From: an uncultured Methylomirabilota bacterium
GTDB lineage: Bacteria; Methylomirabilota; Methylomirabilia; Methylomirabilales; 2-02-FULL-66-22
Direction: 5' to 3'
Length of the DNA: 64,000 nucleotides
Assembly: GCA_963705305.1 (NCBI GenBank)
Contig: OY970067.1
Location: 4,672,001 to 4,736,000, forward strand
A model generated the notes under the pieces. That model saw only the letters and a program-made list of their open reading frames with translations, was not told the DNA's origin and ran no database searches. Of the stretch, positions 60,659 through 64,000 are shown in pieces (positions within the stretch are counted from its first letter, which is position 1; each line of letters starts with the position of its first letter). The position numbers were made by a program, and so were the translations under genes.

Positions 60659-61543
60659 TCAACCGCGGCTTCCGCCACCAGACGGAAGCGCATCGCTCAG
60701 GCGAGCGAACTCCTCCAGCCGCAACGTCTCTCCCCGCCGCGTCGCGGCAATCCCCACGCGCTCCAACGCTGCTTCGACCACGGCAGGCTCCCACCCCCCA
60801 TGCCGAAGGGCATTCCGGAGCGTCTTGCGGCGTTGCCCGAAGGCTGCCCGGATGACAGCAAACAGGTTCGACGGGTTCGCCGCGTGCACGGGCGGGGATT
60901 CCAGGAGATCGAAGCGGACCAGAGCCGAGTCGACCTCCGGAGCCGGATAGAACGCGCTCCGGGGAATCAAAAAGATCCTGTGGGTCGCCGCCCGATACTG
61001 GCACGCCAGGGTCAATGCCCCATAGGCCTTGCTGCCCGGCACAGCTTCCAGCCGGTCCGCCACCTCTTTCTGCACCGTCAGAAACAGTTGCCGGAACAGG
61101 GCGGGAAACTCCAGCAGGCGCAGAACCAGCGGAGTGGTGATGTAATACGGGATGTTGGCCACGACCCGGAGCGCCCCGCGCGCCGGATGGTCCCCCAACT
61201 CGGCATTGAAATCGAAGGTCAGGACATCGGCAATTCGAACCGTCAGCTCCGGGAAGCCGCCCAGCCGCTCCGAGAGAATCGCGGCCAGGTCTGGATCAAG
61301 CTCCAATGCGAGGACGCTGGCCCCTGCCGCCAGCAGGGCCTCGGTCAGCTCGCCGGTGCCCGGCCCGATCTCAATGACGGCAGTGCCCGGGATCACACCG
61401 GCGGCCTTCACGATCCGGTCCCGGATCTCCGGATCCGCCAGGAAGTGCTGCCCACGCCGCTTGCGGGGCCGCAGGCCATGGGCCTGCAGCAGTGTCCGGA
61501 TCCGGCCAGCACGTGGCGCCGAAGATCGAATCGGTAGAGTCAC
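60659..61543 (-). CDS. rsmA: 16S rRNA m6,2A dimethyltransferase
   Basis: GQHFL, EIGPGTG, ANIPYYITTP, QKEVA, F.P.P.VDS and F.QRRKTLRN motifs; GTGA overlap with the TPR gene. Confidence 0.96.
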   Translation of the reverse strand: MTLPIRSSAPRAGRIRTLLQAHGLRPRKRRGQHFLADPEIRDRIVKAAGVIPGTAVIEIGPGTGELTEALLAAGASVLALELDPDLAAILSERLGGFPELTVRIADVLTFDFNAELGDHPARGALRVVANIPYYITTPLVLRLLEFPALFRQLFLTVQKEVADRLEAVPGSKAYGALTLACQYRAATHRIFLIPRSAFYPAPEVDSALVRFDLLESPPVHAANPSNLFAVIRAAFGQRRKTLRNALRHGGWEPAVVEAALERVGIAATRRGETLRLEEFARLSDALPSGGGSRG

Positions 61544-62256
61544 TCCGCATCGACTCCGCGGTCCGTGGCCTGCCGCAGAAAAATCCGGGCCAGCCGGTGG
61601 GTGGGGTCGAGTCGCAGGGCCTGCTCCCAGGCTCGCACGGCGTCTGCCAACCGCCCCATCCGCTGGTACAGGACGCCGAGGTTGACGTGCGCTTCCACGT
61701 AGCTCGGGTTCAGTTCTAGCGCCTGCAGCAGGGAGGCCCGTGCGGCCTCCAGATCCCCGAGCTCCCGACAACTCAGGCCGCGGCGGTGATGGAGATCCGG
61801 AAAATTCGGACACAACTCCAGGGCCCGGTCATACTCCACGATCGCCTGCGCATACCAGCCCAGCTCGTGATACTTCCGGGCCAGGTCTGCATGCGCGTTG
61901 GCCAGCCGTCCCAGAACCCCCAGACTGAATCGGGTGGGGGCTTCCGGCTCTTCGGCCTGGATCTTTCCGACCTCCTCCGCCGCTTGGTCGTACGCCCCGA
62001 CCTCCGAGAGGGCAATGGCCAAGTTCACCTGAGCCTCGCGGTAGTTGGGGTTCAGGCTGAGGGCGCGCCGGAAAAAGGCCACGCCTTTCTCCCGCGCCCC
62101 CTGGTGGATGGCGATCACCCCCAGCATGTTGTACACGCTGGCATAGGTGGGGGCCTGGGTCACCACCCGGAGGAGGAGCTGCTCGGCCTCGGGATACTGG
62201 CCCGCCTGGAACGCCGCCGTCCCTTGCTGGAGAATCTGACGGATCTCGTTGGCCAT
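61540..62256 (-). CDS. Tetratricopeptide repeat protein
   Basis: Repeated AL.LNP.Y.EA..NL motifs. Confidence 0.9.
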   Translation of the reverse strand: MANEIRQILQQGTAAFQAGQYPEAEQLLLRVVTQAPTYASVYNMLGVIAIHQGAREKGVAFFRRALSLNPNYREAQVNLAIALSEVGAYDQAAEEVGKIQAEEPEAPTRFSLGVLGRLANAHADLARKYHELGWYAQAIVEYDRALELCPNFPDLHHRRGLSCRELGDLEAARASLLQALELNPSYVEAHVNLGVLYQRMGRLADAVRAWEQALRLDPTHRLARIFLRQATDRGVDAE

Positions 62257-62350
62257 CGGTACAGCCCTTTGGGAAGCGATCGTCAGCGGGCTGCGCGCCC
62301 CGCCTCCCCGTCCAGACAACGACGGGCGCGGGGCGGCTGGCCCTCGGCCG

Positions 62351-63298
62351 TCACTGCTGGAAGAACGTGTAGTCGTGGACCGTGTCGACAACCTCTTTCC
62401 AGGTCAGCTGCAACCCTTGCCACATCCGGGCGAACATGCTGGGACCCGCCGGCTTGGGCGGTCCCGTGCGGACCAGCGCGATCCCCAGCCGTGCGGCGGC
62501 CGGAGCCGCCCACTCCGACTGGGAATAATCATCCACCAAACGCTGGAAGGCGACTCGGGCCTCGTCTTTCTGCTCGAGGCGCCACAGCGACTCGCCCAGG
62601 AAGTAGAGGGCCTCGTCGTCGAACCCGGCGTTCGGATACTGATCCAACACGCTGCGGAGCCGGCCGACGGCCGCCGCGTAGTTCCCCCGATCGAAATAGA
62701 ATCTGCCGATGTATACCTCTTTCTCCGCCAGCTTGAGGCGAGCGCCGGCGCTCCTCACCCGGCAGTCGGGAGCATACTGCGAATCCGGCATCTGTTTCAG
62801 CAGCAGCTCGCATTCATCCAGCGCCTTGCGGGTATAGGTTTGGTCGCGATCCACACCCTCGGCCTGCTGAAAGTACGTCATGGCCAAGTAGTAGTGGGCT
62901 TCGTCCGCCCGCTCGTGCTGGGGATGCAGCTCGAGGAAGCGCTGGTACTCGGCGCGTGCCTCGTCGTATTTCTTCTCCAGGTACAGCGCCTTGGCGGAGG
63001 CGAGCCGGGCGACTGCCACGAGATCGCTGTCCGGATATTGATTCATGAGCCGCTGGAGGTCTTTGCGGGCGTCCTCGTAGCGGCGGCGCTGCAGGCTGGT
63101 CTCGGCGGACTGGTACAGGTCCTTATCGTTCCCCTGCGCCTCTCGCCGGGGGGGGGGACCGCCGTACATGGCCCGGTAGATGCTGCAGCCCTGGAACAGG
63201 CTCAGGGCGCCCGCCAGGAGGAGCATCCAGCCGCCGATCATCCAGCGCCCTGGACGACGTGCGCCCCTCCCCACGTTCGCCGCACCGCTCATTCGCAT
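62351..63298 (-). CDS. bamD: Outer membrane protein assembly factor BamD (lipoprotein)
   Basis: FQGC lipobox; TPR-like YPDS, RDQT..KA and LA.KE..IGRFY...NY.AA..R; the true start may be later (e.g. 63241). Confidence 0.88.
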   Translation of the reverse strand: MRMSGAANVGRGARRPGRWMIGGWMLLLAGALSLFQGCSIYRAMYGGPPPRREAQGNDKDLYQSAETSLQRRRYEDARKDLQRLMNQYPDSDLVAVARLASAKALYLEKKYDEARAEYQRFLELHPQHERADEAHYYLAMTYFQQAEGVDRDQTYTRKALDECELLLKQMPDSQYAPDCRVRSAGARLKLAEKEVYIGRFYFDRGNYAAAVGRLRSVLDQYPNAGFDDEALYFLGESLWRLEQKDEARVAFQRLVDDYSQSEWAAPAAARLGIALVRTGPPKPAGPSMFARMWQGLQLTWKEVVDTVHDYTFFQQ

Positions 63299-63486
63299 CG
63301 CCCCCTCCCGAGCATTCGCCCCCCTCCTCCTCCCCGCATTCCCTCCCCGGCGCGCCGAAAGTCGGAATCGCGCTCGTTACCGGAAGTCGCCGGAGGGACC
63401 GGAGGATACGGGCTGGCCCTGCGCATCGAAGACGGGCCCCCGCGAAAACACTGAGGGCTGGGTGGCCGGCGGACGGATGCCGGCCG

Positions 63487-63999
63487 TCAGGCCGATTCCG
63501 CCTTCTTCTTGTAGAGGATGATGGGATGCTTCCGCTCGATCACCACGTCCCGGTTGATGATGCACTCGCTGATTCCGGATTGCGAGGGCAGGTCGTACAT
63601 GATATCGAGCATGATGTCTTCCAGGATGGCTCGCAGCCCCCGCGCGCCGGTCTCGCGCTTCGCCGCTTCCTCGGCCACAGCCACGATCGCATCGTCCGTG
63701 AAGGTCAACTTGACGTGCTCAAAATCGAAGAATTTCTGGTACTGACGCAGCAGCGCGTTCCGGGGCTCCTTGAGGACCCGGACCAGGAGCTTTTCGTCCA
63801 GCTCGTGCAGGGTGGCCACCACGGGCAGGCGGCCCACCAGCTCCGGGATCAGGCCGTAGCGCAGCAGGTCCTCGGGCTGAAGCACGCTCAGCACCTCGCT
63901 CTGCCTGCGCTCCTTTCGCCCCTGGATGTTGGCTCCAAACCCCACCCGTATCTCGCCGACTCGCCCCTCGATGATCTTATCGAGGCCCACAAACGCTCC
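63487..63999 (-). CDS. clpX: ClpX ATPase, 3' part (runs off the window)
   Basis: GAFVGLD, PEDL..YGLIPE..GRLP, EPRNAL..QY, TGARGLR and MYDLPS motifs. Confidence 0.96.
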   Translation of the reverse strand, partial: GAFVGLDKIIEGRVGEIRVGFGANIQGRKERRQSEVLSVLQPEDLLRYGLIPELVGRLPVVATLHELDEKLLVRVLKEPRNALLRQYQKFFDFEHVKLTFTDDAIVAVAEEAAKRETGARGLRAILEDIMLDIMYDLPSQSGISECIINRDVVIERKHPIILYKKKAESA

Positions 64000-64000
64000 A

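Overview
A gene-dense, GC-rich chromosomal segment (roughly two-thirds G+C by eye) from a diderm bacterium (BamD, TolC, TRAP). The lineage cannot be fixed from the sequence; the gene types would fit Methylomirabilota/NC10 or a deltaproteobacteria-like organism, which is inference only. Housekeeping blocks: ribE-ribBA-ribH-nusB; yceD-rpmF-plsX-fabH-fabD-fabG-acpP-fabF; icd-mdh-(lipoprotein)-sucC-sucD-ndk; der, broken by two apparent +1 insertions in the same 8-mer context; and clpX(partial)-bamD-TPR-rsmA-pncB. Accessory blocks: (i) an ECF sigma and zinc anti-sigma followed by a TolC-MFP-RND efflux operon with a thiol/sulfur-redox tail (OsmC, DUF2892, Cys-rich protein, MBL-fold); (ii) assorted small hydrolases and oxidoreductases; (iii) an RpiR/TRAP sugar-acid catabolic cluster with Fe-SOD; (iv) a Dif-like chemosensory operon followed by larE and a PilZ gene. 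The top finding is a 50-aa single-TM peptide at 27843-27995 that the ORF track misses. It has an in-frame UGA, a SECIS-like hairpin just downstream, a UxxxxC motif and ATGA coupling to osmC, so it is a candidate small selenoprotein inside the efflux operon. Also notable are two copies of a nested palindromic MITE/REP-like element, each starting directly at a stop codon. No rRNA, tRNA, CRISPR array or transposase was recognised.
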